64,000 nucleotides of DNA, taken from Cyclobacteriaceae bacterium (lineage in GTDB: Bacteria > Bacteroidota > Bacteroidia > Cytophagales > Cyclobacteriaceae). The notes beneath the pieces were generated by a model. The model was given only the letters and a program-made list of their open reading frames with translations. It was not told where the DNA came from and ran no database searches. This document shows positions 36,790 through 46,502 of this stretch, piece after piece (positions within the stretch are counted from its first letter, which is position 1; the number at the start of each line of letters is the position of its first letter). The DNA is taken from assembly GCA_028278225.1 (NCBI GenBank), contig JANQEU010000031.1, positions 88,347 to 152,346 on the forward strand, written 5' to 3'. Position numbers and translations under genes: made by a program.

Positions 36790-39456
36790 TTATCTTATTT
36801 GTTGTCCTATTGAAAAATGGAACTGAGATCCGGCCGGATCCGTTTCGCCAAATCCCGGGTCAAACCCGTATCCATAATCTAAGCCTAACATGCCGAATGC
36901 AGGCATAAATATCCTTACACCAAAACCGGCAGAGCGCTTGATATCATAAGGATTGTACTGACTGAAATCGATCCAGTTGTTTCCACCCTCCACAAAAGTC
37001 AATGCGTAAATTGTCGCAGTTGGCGACAGTGAAACCGGATATCGGAGCTCCAGTACGTACTTTGTAAACAGTGTGCCTCCGAAAACAGAATTTTCAAAAT
37101 CATATGGTGTCACCGAGTTGGATCTGCCGATTGAAGATTGAGGGTTCGGGTAGCCCCTTAATCCAATCAAATCCGTACCAAGAAGGAAGTTTTGACCTGT
37201 AAGTCCATCACCACCCAACACAAATCTCTCAAACGGCCCTATCCCTGCCTCCTCCGAGTAGCCGCCGATAAATCCGAAATGCAGCCTTGGCGCCAGGATC
37301 AGTTTTTCGACTATGGGCAGGTAGTATTTTGCATCGAAGTTCCACTTATGATACTCAACCCACTTGAATTTTTCCTCCGCGGGAGCAGTCTCATAGTCAA
37401 CATCGTTGAATAACGAATAAGGCGGAGTGAAATTCATGCTCAATGTAAGGTCCGAGCCACGTTGGGGATACATAGGGTTATCAGAAGACCTCCTGGCAAT
37501 AGTGGTATTGAATGTGATGCTATTGGCATCCCCGGTAGAGAATCCCAGCCGGTTTCCAAATCTGAACAGGTCATACTTCAGAAATCCAATAGAATTACTT
37601 ATTACAAAAAAATCATCCGGCCATTTCACTCTCCGCCCAAGTGTAAGGGTAACCCCCTGCACTTTCAGGGACCCGGTTGTCTCATAGTTTTGATTCAGGA
37701 ACCGCTGTACTGAATAGGTATAACTCACCCCAAAACTGTTTGGCTTCTTTCCCCCGAGCCATGGCTCACTGAAGCTTATTGAATAGCTCTGATATCTCCT
37801 GCCATTGGCCTGAGCTCTGACCGATAGCCTCTGCCCGTCGCCCATAGGAGGAAATGCTTTCAAACCCACCGCCTTGCGCAAAGAGAAGTTGTTGAAAGAA
37901 ACTCCCAGTGTTCCGACAAAGCCATAATATCCTCCCCAACCCCCTGACAGTTCAATCTGGTCATTAGGTTGCTCCTCAAGCTGCCATTCGATATCCACAG
38001 TTTCATCCGCCGGATTAGGTGTTGGGACAGGATTAACCTTTTGAGGATCAAAGTATCCAAGCTGTGAGAGTTCGCGTTGTGTCCTGATCAGTTCCGCTCT
38101 GCTGAACTTCTGGCCTGGAATGGTTCTGAGCTCCCTCCTTATCACATGGTCGCTTGTCTTTTCATTCCCGCTGATAGTCACTTTATTGATCGTGGCCTGA
38201 GCTCCTTCGTATATCCTCATCTCCACATCGATCGAGTCCTCTTCTATTCTTACTTCGACCGGATTGACATTGAAGAACAGATAGCCATTGTCCATGTAAA
38301 GTGATCCGATATCGATACCTGTTGGATCGTAATTGAGTTTTTTGTTGATCAGCTCCAGATCATAAACATCACCTTTCTCCACTCCAAGTACCCGATCCAG
38401 TGTTTCATCATCATAAATGAAATTTCCTGTCCAGCTTATATCCCTGAAATAGTATTTTTTTCCTTCACTTACGGAGATATTAACTGTCAGATGCTTTGGA
38501 TCAACTAGCTTCACTGAATCATAGACTAACTCGGCATCCCGGTAGCCCTGAGAGTTGTAAAAGTCCAATACCAGTTGTTTGTCATCTGAGTAATCGGATT
38601 TGATATATTTGGCTGCTTTGAAGAAATTCAGTTTCACGTGTTGAGCGACCTGATCCATAAATCCTTGCTGGTCAACGGTGTCCTTATGAGTCAGGAAATA
38701 AGCGGTATTCGCAGGATTCAATAACCTGACAGATGTGGAGAGAATAGCCGAAGGAAGATCAAACCTGACCAATTCACCGGTTGTTTTCATTTTCCCTCTT
38801 AGCTTAACATCACTGAAGTTTTTATTTCCAAGAAAATTAATGTCCTGGATTTTTACTTTTTTTCCTCTGTCGACCTTTATCCTAAGGATTGCACTATTTC
38901 TCACGACCGTGTCACTTTGTTCAACCACGTTCACTTTGGCATTAAGGAATCCCTTCCCCTCAAGATATTTCTTTACAGAAATCTCCGTGTTCTTAATTAC
39001 AACATCCGTTAAGATCTTCCCTCTGACAAGCTCGATATCATCCTCCAATTCAGTCTTTTGACTTCTGGTTACACCTTCGATCTCGTACTTGGTGAGCCTG
39101 GGCCTTTCCGTCAATTCAATTTCCAGCCAGATTTGATTGCCTTCTATTTTCGAGGCTCGAATAGAAATATTCCCAATAATTCCCTGCTTCCAAAGCTTTT
39201 TAATTGCAGATGTGATTTCATCGCCGGGAATTTTGATTTTATCGCCTACCTTGAGACCTGATAATGATATTAAGGCATTATTATCAAGAAATTGCACCCC
39301 GGTTACCACAATATCGGCTATTTCAAATTCCTTTGGGCTTGAATAATTAATTGAAATGTTTGAAGGCGAGGTATTACGATTCTGACCAAAGACAATTTGT
39401 GCCTGGGCAGATGCCGAAAGAAAACATAAAGGAATCAATAATTTCAAGAATCTCAT
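36790..39456 (-). CDS. bamA: Outer membrane protein assembly factor BamA
   Basis: About 888 aa from ATG 39456 (MRFLKLLIPLCF), with POTRA repeats and a C-terminal barrel ending FHFSIGQQIR. The track start at 39459 is GTG. The ATG overlaps the uppS stop (TGATG). Confidence 0.92.
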   Translation of the reverse strand: MRFLKLLIPLCFLSASAQAQIVFGQNRNTSPSNISINYSSPKEFEIADIVVTGVQFLDNNALISLSGLKVGDKIKIPGDEITSAIKKLWKQGIIGNISIRASKIEGNQIWLEIELTERPRLTKYEIEGVTRSQKTELEDDIELVRGKILTDVVIKNTEISVKKYLEGKGFLNAKVNVVEQSDTVVRNSAILRIKVDRGKKVKIQDINFLGNKNFSDVKLRGKMKTTGELVRFDLPSAILSTSVRLLNPANTAYFLTHKDTVDQQGFMDQVAQHVKLNFFKAAKYIKSDYSDDKQLVLDFYNSQGYRDAELVYDSVKLVDPKHLTVNISVSEGKKYYFRDISWTGNFIYDDETLDRVLGVEKGDVYDLELINKKLNYDPTGIDIGSLYMDNGYLFFNVNPVEVRIEEDSIDVEMRIYEGAQATINKVTISGNEKTSDHVIRRELRTIPGQKFSRAELIRTQRELSQLGYFDPQKVNPVPTPNPADETVDIEWQLEEQPNDQIELSGGWGGYYGFVGTLGVSFNNFSLRKAVGLKAFPPMGDGQRLSVRAQANGRRYQSYSISFSEPWLGGKKPNSFGVSYTYSVQRFLNQNYETTGSLKVQGVTLTLGRRVKWPDDFFVISNSIGFLKYDLFRFGNRLGFSTGDANSITFNTTIARRSSDNPMYPQRGSDLTLSMNFTPPYSLFNDVDYETAPAEEKFKWVEYHKWNFDAKYYLPIVEKLILAPRLHFGFIGGYSEEAGIGPFERFVLGGDGLTGQNFLLGTDLIGLRGYPNPQSSIGRSNSVTPYDFENSVFGGTLFTKYVLELRYPVSLSPTATIYALTFVEGGNNWIDFSQYNPYDIKRSAGFGVRIFMPAFGMLGLDYGYGFDPGFGETDPAGSQFHFSIGQQIR

Positions 39457-40193
39457 CACCCGATCACCTGTTCACTTGTCATGCCAAACCTTCTCTCCCT
39501 TTTAACGAATTCGTCGATAGCTTCTTTCATATGTTCCTTTCTAAAATCAGGCCATAGTACATCTGTAAAGTACAATTCCGAGTAGGCCGATTGCCATAAA
39601 TAGAAGTTGCTTATTCTTTTTTCACCACTTGTTCTTATCAGCAACTCCGGTTCAGGCAAATCCTTTGTGGATAGATACCTGTTTATCAAATCACCATCCA
39701 GTTCCGTAGTGTCCAATATTCCCTCCCGTACATCCCAGGCAATACGCTTTACGGCATTTTCAATATCCCATCTTCCACTGTAATTCAGGGCCAGTACCAA
39801 CTTTAAGCCCGAGTTAGAGGATGTTGATTTCTCTGCCGACTTCAGCTTATCCCTGGCATTTGCCGGTAACCTTTCAACATCCCCAATGGATAAAAGCCGG
39901 ACATTGTTCTTTTGCAAAGTGTTCAACTCCTCATTGATGGTGGAAACAAGCAAAGACATTAAACCCTCTACCTCAAATTTCGGTCTCGCCCAATTTTCGG
40001 TTGAAAATGCAAATAGAGTCAGGCATTCTATCCCGTTTTCCGCACAAAACTCCGTTGACTCCCGGACTGCAGTAATGGCATGCCTGTGACCGAAGATTCG
40101 GGCAGCACCTTTTTGTTGTGCCCAACGCCCGTTTCCGTCCATTATTATCGCAATATGTCGGGGAACCTTAGCTTCCAAACCCTTTTCTGTCAA
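39456..40193 (-). CDS. uppS: Undecaprenyl-diphosphate synthase (cis-prenyltransferase)
   Basis: HIAIIMDGNGRWA and RTSGEKRISNFYLWQ motifs. There is no ATG upstream of the catalytic motif, so the start must be TTG (40193 or 40178). Confidence 0.9.
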   Translation of the reverse strand: MTEKGLEAKVPRHIAIIMDGNGRWAQQKGAARIFGHRHAITAVRESTEFCAENGIECLTLFAFSTENWARPKFEVEGLMSLLVSTINEELNTLQKNNVRLLSIGDVERLPANARDKLKSAEKSTSSNSGLKLVLALNYSGRWDIENAVKRIAWDVREGILDTTELDGDLINRYLSTKDLPEPELLIRTSGEKRISNFYLWQSAYSELYFTDVLWPDFRKEHMKEAIDEFVKRERRFGMTSEQVIG

Positions 40194-40253
40194 GCCATTG
40201 TGTCAAAATAAAGGGGTACAAAAATGACATTTTTTTATATGAAAACCCCCTTT

Positions 40254-40958
40254 TTAACGAAAATTAGCTTTTAGCATATGTCTGTTTGGCACATATGGAA
40301 AAGGGCATGGAATCTCATATAAAACAAAAGAAAGACTCAATCCTGTAAAATAATACCAGTCGTTATCATTAGGGTTTCCGTACTGGTAGTCTTTCAAGGT
40401 GACATCATTGTCAGAAATTGTATCAAGTAAGTCAAAAAATGTTTTTCTGAACCCAAATTCAATGCCTGCTGAAAAACGTTTTCCAATTAAATGTTTAAAG
40501 CCTATTCCGAGAGGTACTACAGCCTGAATTTTGTTAAAATCACCATTTTTGTGGTCAGCTCCATATATCCTGGTGAAACCAACGCCCAGAAAAGCATACG
40601 GAGACCATTTTATGATCGATTTTTCATGCTTGTAGTCTAGAAAATGATATTCAACAACCGATGACAGTTCAGCCATTGTGATGCTGAACGAAGCATTGCG
40701 TTCACCAGCAAATGCGTCAATCGGTTTTGAATCCGAACCGGTAAGTTTCCCTACAGTCAAACCCCAGTTCAGGCTAACATATTGAGAAAAATTCATTCTG
40801 TAGTGTCCCGATATGCCAGGCTTCAGATTTGAAATCTGGTATCCTCTGATCAGATCCCCTGAATAGTTAAGTGCACCAAAACCTCCACCAAACTCAATGA
40901 ATTGGCTTTTGGCGGAAATACCTGTACAGAATAAAGCAAGTAAAACAACTGATCTCAA
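40254..40958 (-). CDS. DUF6089-like outer-membrane beta-barrel protein
   Basis: 234 aa with a TTG start and signal peptide RSVVLLALFCTGISAKSQ. It has alternating beta-strand patterns and the GALNYSGDL motif. Its position upstream of uppS is conserved in Bacteroidota (from memory). Confidence 0.6.
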   Translation of the reverse strand: MRSVVLLALFCTGISAKSQFIEFGGGFGALNYSGDLIRGYQISNLKPGISGHYRMNFSQYVSLNWGLTVGKLTGSDSKPIDAFAGERNASFSITMAELSSVVEYHFLDYKHEKSIIKWSPYAFLGVGFTRIYGADHKNGDFNKIQAVVPLGIGFKHLIGKRFSAGIEFGFRKTFFDLLDTISDNDVTLKDYQYGNPNDNDWYYFTGLSLSFVLYEIPCPFPYVPNRHMLKANFR

Positions 40959-40968
40959 AATCCCTTAC

Positions 40969-42090
40969 TTACCTGAATTTGGCCGGCCCTCTTCTTCCTC
41001 CGCCACCCTGAATGATATAGGTAACTTTCAGCTGGGTAACAAAATAAAGGTCATTGCTGTCAGGATTTCCGCGGATACTCTCAAAATTAACATTGTCCCT
41101 TACTCCACCCTGCAGCGCTATCTCATCTGTATTAGAAACTCCAACGTTGTAATTTTGACCTCCGAAATCCAGGGAAAATGTTGAGATACCTTTCCTGGTT
41201 TCCTCATTCCATACTGCGGTAGGTTCAGCACTCCTGTCCGACATAATTCTTGCCAGCGGATCATCGAATAGATCAAGGTTTACGTATTTAGTACTTACAT
41301 CGTCAATGTAATCCGTAAAGAGAATTCTGGGACCAAATTCCACTGCAGCATTAAATGGACCGGGGAGTCGCATAGTGGCACCCAGCATTACAGGAATATT
41401 GAATTGTATAACGCTGTATTTTTTCGGCGCCCCTTCGAAATCCATATTTTGACCCTCTGTACCTAAAGGCCTTAGTTTAACCCACTCCCCGGCTTGCTTC
41501 AAATCACCGGAACCGGTCTGATAGTCCTGGTCCGGTACTCTTCCTTTCGGTTCATGAAGAAAAACTCCCCCTCCAACAAAAAGATATGCATTGAACGGAT
41601 TACGTCTGGACGGGCCATTATTATCAGGAATGAAATAGATGTTTACACCAACATTCAATTCTTTGATATCATTTCTAAAACTTAGGTTTCTTACGTACCG
41701 TGGAGCACTCTCTCCATCCTTAGGGTCGGAAGTAAAGTCGTCACCTTTCAGCCTGCCATAATTGAAATTGGCTCGTATGGCCGCCATGGGATGGATCCTT
41801 AACCCGTACTCAAAACCAAATCCCGGTCTCGTGAAGGAAATATCCGAACTCCCGGCCCTGTTCACCGGAGCAAGGTCCCCATAATAGTTCAAAGCATTGA
41901 CTGCAAAACCCACATATTGGTGTGAACGAAACTTTCCACCCCTCGATCCACCTTTATAATGCGAAATACTTTTGTTTCGCTCCAGTTTGGCCTTGTACTT
42001 ATTTCTCTTCAGGAGTTGACCGTTGGTGTCAACACTGATCAGAAGTGCTATGATGACAATAATTGATATGTAACTACCTCGAAACCCCAT
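40969..42090 (-). CDS. Outer-membrane beta-barrel protein, larger DUF6089-like paralogue
   Basis: About 373 aa from ATG 42090 (MGFRGSYISIIVIIALLI); the track start at 42102 is TTG. It shares the VNALNYYGDL motif with the downstream gene and has a C-terminal aromatic residue (KFR). Confidence 0.55.
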   Translation of the reverse strand: MGFRGSYISIIVIIALLISVDTNGQLLKRNKYKAKLERNKSISHYKGGSRGGKFRSHQYVGFAVNALNYYGDLAPVNRAGSSDISFTRPGFGFEYGLRIHPMAAIRANFNYGRLKGDDFTSDPKDGESAPRYVRNLSFRNDIKELNVGVNIYFIPDNNGPSRRNPFNAYLFVGGGVFLHEPKGRVPDQDYQTGSGDLKQAGEWVKLRPLGTEGQNMDFEGAPKKYSVIQFNIPVMLGATMRLPGPFNAAVEFGPRILFTDYIDDVSTKYVNLDLFDDPLARIMSDRSAEPTAVWNEETRKGISTFSLDFGGQNYNVGVSNTDEIALQGGVRDNVNFESIRGNPDSNDLYFVTQLKVTYIIQGGGGRRGPAKFR

Positions 42091-42112
42091 TTTTACCTTC
42101 AATTAATTAACA

Positions 42113-42120
42113 CAAATCTA
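42113..42120 (-). promoter_or_regulatory. Candidate -7 promoter box (TAGATTTG)
   Basis: The plus strand reads CAAATCTA, which is TAGATTTG on the minus strand. It lies 22 nt upstream of ATG 42090. Confidence 0.4.
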
Positions 42121-42175
42121 TTCATTTCATTGTGGTGAAGCACAGATTAATCTGACAAAAACGGGAAAAATTAGG

Positions 42176-43048
42176 TCAATTCCGTTTATCCAACCCCCAG
42201 GAAAGCTTGTTTTTCAGGGTATCAATGAAATTATCACCTTCTATCTTAATCAAATTTGCGCAGAAATCGGCTTTTCTCACTTTCAGCATCATGCTGCCGG
42301 TCACCGGAATCGATCTGGAATCAAGTGCGATTAAATAGTTAGTATCGGAGCTTTCAACTTCAAATGTCAATTCACTTACATCCGGCACAATTAACGGCCG
42401 CACATTGAGGTTGTGCGGGCTTACCGGAGTTATCACAAAATTACTCGTATGGGGCACCAGGATCGGTCCCCCGCAACTCAGGGAATAACCTGTGGAGCCG
42501 GTTGGGGTCGCCACCATCAATCCATCTGCCCAGTAAGTATTTAGAAGTTCACCATTCAAAAAAGCCCTGATTACAATCATCGACGAAGTTTCCCGTCGCA
42601 GTATCGAAAATTCGTTGAGGGCATAGCTCTTTCCGTTAAATAAGTCCTTCTCCGTTTCCAATGAGATCAGTGTCCTTTTATCAATGGAATAGTTGCCGTG
42701 AAAAAGTAATTCCATTGCATTTGATATCTGCTCCTTGGCTATGGTCGCCAGAAATCCCAATTTACCGGTATTGATTCCGAGTATAGGAGTCTCTTCTCGT
42801 CCAACAAGGGTCAAAGTATCCAGGATGGTTCCGTCCCCACCCAAACTTAAGAAGGCATCAATATCAGCAATATTCCCGGGATCAAATTTTTCAAAGTCCC
42901 ACCTTGACAAAAAGTCACGATTCGCCCTTAATAAGGCATCCGTAAGAACAATTTCGGTTTTTCTCTCAATCAGATTTTTGAACAACCCCGCAATGTAGTC
43001 GTACGAGCTCTCGTTGATGTCCAGTCCATGTATTGCGAGCCTTTTCAA
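42176..43048 (-). CDS. nadK: NAD kinase
   Basis: 290 aa with the GGDGTILD motif. The only start before the conserved N-terminus is TTG 43048. Confidence 0.9.
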   Translation of the reverse strand: MKRLAIHGLDINESSYDYIAGLFKNLIERKTEIVLTDALLRANRDFLSRWDFEKFDPGNIADIDAFLSLGGDGTILDTLTLVGREETPILGINTGKLGFLATIAKEQISNAMELLFHGNYSIDKRTLISLETEKDLFNGKSYALNEFSILRRETSSMIVIRAFLNGELLNTYWADGLMVATPTGSTGYSLSCGGPILVPHTSNFVITPVSPHNLNVRPLIVPDVSELTFEVESSDTNYLIALDSRSIPVTGSMMLKVRKADFCANLIKIEGDNFIDTLKNKLSWGLDKRN

Positions 43049-43053
43049 TACAT

Positions 43054-43719
43054 TTAGATTTTTAGATATTTCATCAATGCATCGAATCGTTCCTGATCGT
43101 TTTCAGTCATTTGGTTCTTGTTGAAAGACTCTGCTACCGGAAATCCTTTCGATTCAAGAGCTGTGGTTAAATGCGTGACCTCTTCCTTATTGATTTTCAG
43201 TGTTAATCGCACTTTCGATGGATCGTCCTGATCCTGCATGATATGACTGCTGAGAATCTTGGCCTCGTCCATTTCAATTACCCTGCTGATTTCGGCCAGG
43301 GAGTAATCCCTGTGATCCATTGACAAAACAAGAATGGCACCGGGAGTGTTTACAAAGGTGGAATCTGCAAATGCCTCGACGACATTTTCAATTGAGACCA
43401 CCCCCATGTAATGCCCCGCGTCATCTTCAACAGCAATTAATCGGGTCCCCAGTGAATAGGCCATCTTCAGGACATTGTAATAATGAGCATCGTGTGGAAC
43501 GACTGCCTCTTTTGCATTTAATTCAATCGCACCAACAGTCCCTTGTAAAACTTCCTCATCATACAGCGTTTCCTCCGACAACATTCCCAGAAATTTCCCC
43601 TGATCGGCAACAGGCAATTCACTAAGTCTGAGCTCTTCCATCCAAAGCATGGCTTTTTCAACCTCGTCAGAGGACTTCAGGGGAGGGATCATGTAATTGA
43701 TCAGGTCTTTTGCTATCAT
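43054..43719 (-). CDS. CBS domain-containing protein
   Basis: It has tandem CBS-like units (ELPVADQGKFLGMLSEETL, LIAVEDDAGHYMGVVSIENV). I prefer ATG 43719 (MIAKDLINYMIPPLK) because it forms an ATGA overlap with the upstream relic ORF. ATG 43743 is the alternative. Confidence 0.8.
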   Translation of the reverse strand: MIAKDLINYMIPPLKSSDEVEKAMLWMEELRLSELPVADQGKFLGMLSEETLYDEEVLQGTVGAIELNAKEAVVPHDAHYYNVLKMAYSLGTRLIAVEDDAGHYMGVVSIENVVEAFADSTFVNTPGAILVLSMDHRDYSLAEISRVIEMDEAKILSSHIMQDQDDPSKVRLTLKINKEEVTHLTTALESKGFPVAESFNKNQMTENDQERFDALMKYLKI

Positions 43720-43967
43720 GCTTCCCGGGAATTTTTTAGCCATTCATTAAGTATATCGTTGAAGATCTCAGGATGTTCCATCACCTGCTTCACCGGCACA
43801 ATGTAAATTATAAGTACCGGTATGACTGTGCGGTATTCGGCTATGAACTGGTCCGCTTCTATCTGCCAGTTACTTACTGCTCCTAACATACCATGAAGAA
43901 GGACAAGGTTCTCACCCTTACCCCCATCCATGAATTGATAACCATTTTCTTCTACAACCTTAACCAT
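43716..43967 (-). pseudogene. Internally deleted alpha/beta-hydrolase relic (83 codons)
   Basis: It keeps the N-terminal oxyanion-hole block GKGENLVLLHGMLGAVSNW and a C-terminal His-region block VMEHPEIFNDILNEWLK. It lacks the roughly 170 residues that would carry the GxSxG nucleophile. It is squeezed between cvpA (stop 43992) and the CBS gene. Confidence 0.5.
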
Positions 43968-43991
43968 ACTAGCAAAATAACACCACAAAAC

Positions 43992-44531
43992 TCAGATCAT
44001 TACAAATTTCTCCTTTTGATCAAAACTTTCCATGAAATCAAAAATATCATGAAACCATGGAAGAAGTGCACTGGCATATTCAAAGACTGTGGGAGCCATA
44101 GAAGCTACTATTGGAAAAAGTGTAGATTCTTCATAAAGCCTTTCAGGGACAACAACTCCAATTGAATCAAAGATCCAAATTATTACACTGGCAAATAGAC
44201 ACCATTTCAGGATAGCAAAAGCTCCCCCCAGCAACTTATCTGGAGCACTCAGCATTGTAAGGTTTATAGCTTTCTTCAAAACTTTTGCGGCTAGGTTGAC
44301 AACTATTGATATTGCTATGAAGACAGCCAGGAATATTCCTACCGAGATCAGGCCTATATACTTTGCCTCGCTAAAGAAACGATAGGTAATAGGGGAGGTG
44401 AATTCTATGGCAAGGAAAATACCCAGGAAAAAACCAATCAGTGAAAAAAATTCAAGGACAAATCCCCGGAAAAAACCTTTGAATCCGGCAAATAGGAAAA
44501 ACAGGATAATGATTAAATCGAGGTAATTCAT
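43992..44531 (-). CDS. cvpA: CvpA family membrane protein
   Basis: From ATG 44531 the product begins MNYLDLIIILFFLFAGFKGFFRGFV, the typical CvpA N-terminus. The longer track ORF would overlap the upstream gene by 62 nt. Confidence 0.8.
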   Translation of the reverse strand: MNYLDLIIILFFLFAGFKGFFRGFVLEFFSLIGFFLGIFLAIEFTSPITYRFFSEAKYIGLISVGIFLAVFIAISIVVNLAAKVLKKAINLTMLSAPDKLLGGAFAILKWCLFASVIIWIFDSIGVVVPERLYEESTLFPIVASMAPTVFEYASALLPWFHDIFDFMESFDQKEKFVMI

Positions 44532-44535
44532 CTTT

Positions 44536-44988
44536 TTAACTGGAAAGTAATTTTTTGACTGAAGTGGAAATCGCTTTTCCATCAGCTCTTCCGGCAAGCT
44601 TTTTTGCAGCGACCCCCATTACTTTGCCCATATCCTGCGGGCCCGAAGCACCCACCTCAGAAATTACAGTTTTTAATTCTTGCTCCAATTCATCAGGGCT
44701 TAATTGCTTGGGAAGAAACTCTTCAATCACGCTCAATTCCTGCTCCTCCACGACAGCCAGGTCCTCCCTGCCCTGTTCCCTGTACACAGCCAGCGAATCA
44801 CGTCTTTGCTTAGCTGCTTTTGTAAGTAGTCTCATTTCAGCTTCCGATGACAACTCGCCCCCCACTCCCTTCTCCGTTTCCGCCAGGAGGATGAGGGACT
44901 TGATAGACCGTAGCGCTCTCAATCTATCTTTATTTTTGGATAGCATAGATTGTTTAATTTCTTTTTCGATGATGGATTTCAAGCTCAT
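44536..44988 (-). CDS. GatB/YqeY domain protein
   Basis: 150 aa beginning MSLKSIIEKEIKQSMLSKNKDRLRALRSIKS and ending with GKAISTSVKKLLS, the typical YqeY pattern. Confidence 0.85.
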   Translation of the reverse strand: MSLKSIIEKEIKQSMLSKNKDRLRALRSIKSLILLAETEKGVGGELSSEAEMRLLTKAAKQRRDSLAVYREQGREDLAVVEEQELSVIEEFLPKQLSPDELEQELKTVISEVGASGPQDMGKVMGVAAKKLAGRADGKAISTSVKKLLSS

Positions 44989-44997
44989 TATTAAACT

Positions 44998-45005
44998 TAC
45001 TTTTG
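44998..45005 (+). promoter_or_regulatory. Candidate -7 promoter box (TACTTTTG) for pdxJ
   Basis: Exact TAnnTTTG match, 31 nt upstream of ATG 45037. It overlaps a near-consensus box (TAAGTTTA) on the opposite strand for the divergent yqeY-like gene. Confidence 0.4.
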
Positions 45006-45036
45006 TTAACTATTAATACGGGAGATCCAAGAATTG

Positions 45037-45747
45037 ATGACCAAACTTAGTGTAAACATTAACAAAATTGCAACCATACGAAATGCGCGTGGGGGCAACA
45101 ATCCTGATGTAGTTAAAACAGCGATTGATTGCGAAAAATTTGGAGCTGAGGGAATTACTGTCCATCCCCGGCCTGATGAGAGACATATTCGGCGGGAGGA
45201 TGTGTTTGCATTGAATGAAATCGTCAAGACAGAATTTAATATTGAAGGTTATCCGGATGAGCGCTACATAAAAATTATCGAGGAGATTAGACCGGACCAG
45301 GCAACGCTGGTCCCGGACCCGCCGGATGTCCTTACCTCAAATGCGGGATGGAATACCATCCGGGAAAAAGATTTTCTTTCTGAGATCATTAAACATATAA
45401 AGTCACTTGGCGTAAGGACTTCAATTTTTGTGGAACCCGACATAAGTATAATCGAAGGGGCCGGGGCAGTCGAAACTGATCGTGTGGAGCTGTATACTGA
45501 GGAATATGCAACTAATTACCATCGAAAAGAGTTAGCAATTAAGCCATATATGAAAGCTGCTGAGCACGCCAGAAATTTGGGGATTGGTTTAAATGCGGGT
45601 CATGACCTTGACTTGAATAACCTACAATACCTGAAGGAGCAAATACCATATCTGGATGAAGTGTCTATCGGACATGCCTTAATTTGTGACGCACTTTATT
45701 TTGGCCTGGAAAACACTATCCAATTATACCTGAGACAACTTAGATGA
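45037..45747 (+). CDS. pdxJ: Pyridoxine 5'-phosphate synthase
   Basis: [20 protein letters not shown] ... HPRPDERHI ... NAGHDL. The track start at 45034 is TTG; the ATG is at 45037. Confidence 0.92.
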   Translation: MTKLSVNINKIATIRNARGGNNPDVVKTAIDCEKFGAEGITVHPRPDERHIRREDVFALNEIVKTEFNIEGYPDERYIKIIEEIRPDQATLVPDPPDVLTSNAGWNTIREKDFLSEIIKHIKSLGVRTSIFVEPDISIIEGAGAVETDRVELYTEEYATNYHRKELAIKPYMKAAEHARNLGIGLNAGHDLDLNNLQYLKEQIPYLDEVSIGHALICDALYFGLENTIQLYLRQLR

Positions 45748-46502
45748 AGCTACATTTTCAAACTCTCGGCAAAGGTGATCCTTTGATTTTGCTGCATGGC
45801 GTGTTTGGATCATCAGATAACTGGATATCTGTAGCAAAAGCCCTTGCAGAAAGTTTTAAGCTATATCTGGTCGATCAAAGAAATCATGGTAAATCTCCCC
45901 ATAGTCCCGATTTCTCATACAAGGCTATGGAAGAGGATCTTTTGGAGCTGATTGATGCTGAAGAAATGATAGAACCCAATATAATGGGGCATTCCATGGG
46001 AGGCAAGACCGCAATGAATTTTGCATGCCACCATCCCGGTAAAACAGGGAAGCTGGTAGTGATTGATATTGCTCCTAAGTTTTACAAGCCGCATCATCAA
46101 AAGATCTTCCAGGGATTTCATTCGATCAATCTCAGCCAGCTGGTATCCAGGAAGGAAGCAGATGAAAAATTGTCCGAGTTTATCGGAGATTTCATGACAA
46201 GACAGTTTTTACTGAAAAATTTAAGCAGGAACAGTCATGGATTCAACTGGAAGATCAACCTTGAAGCAATTGAAGAAAACATCGATAAGCTGGGAAATGG
46301 ATTAAACAGCCGGGATCATTTTCAGGGACCCACGCTATTTATCGGTGGTGAACTTTCGGATTATATACTAGAAGAAGATCGGGAATTGATCCATACTCAT
46401 TTCCCAAACTCACAGATTGATACTATTGCTGGCGCCGGACACTGGGTCCATGTAGATCGCCCGGATAAGATGATAGATAGCATTCGGGCTTTCCTACTTT
46501 AA
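45744..46502 (+). CDS. Alpha/beta-fold hydrolase
   Basis: 252 aa with [14 protein letters not shown] (oxyanion hole), GHSMGG (nucleophile elbow) and [11 protein letters not shown] (catalytic His). It shares an ATGA overlap with pdxJ. Confidence 0.88.
   Translation: MKLHFQTLGKGDPLILLHGVFGSSDNWISVAKALAESFKLYLVDQRNHGKSPHSPDFSYKAMEEDLLELIDAEEMIEPNIMGHSMGGKTAMNFACHHPGKTGKLVVIDIAPKFYKPHHQKIFQGFHSINLSQLVSRKEADEKLSEFIGDFMTRQFLLKNLSRNSHGFNWKINLEAIEENIDKLGNGLNSRDHFQGPTLFIGGELSDYILEEDRELIHTHFPNSQIDTIAGAGHWVHVDRPDKMIDSIRAFLL

Noticed and set aside
44555-45016. A 153-aa ORF antisense to the GatB/YqeY gene, and the 62-nt-longer form of cvpA (to 44597).
   Set aside because: The antisense ORF is Ser/Ala-rich low complexity. 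The long cvpA form overlaps the YqeY gene, whereas ATG 44531 gives the canonical CvpA N-terminus.
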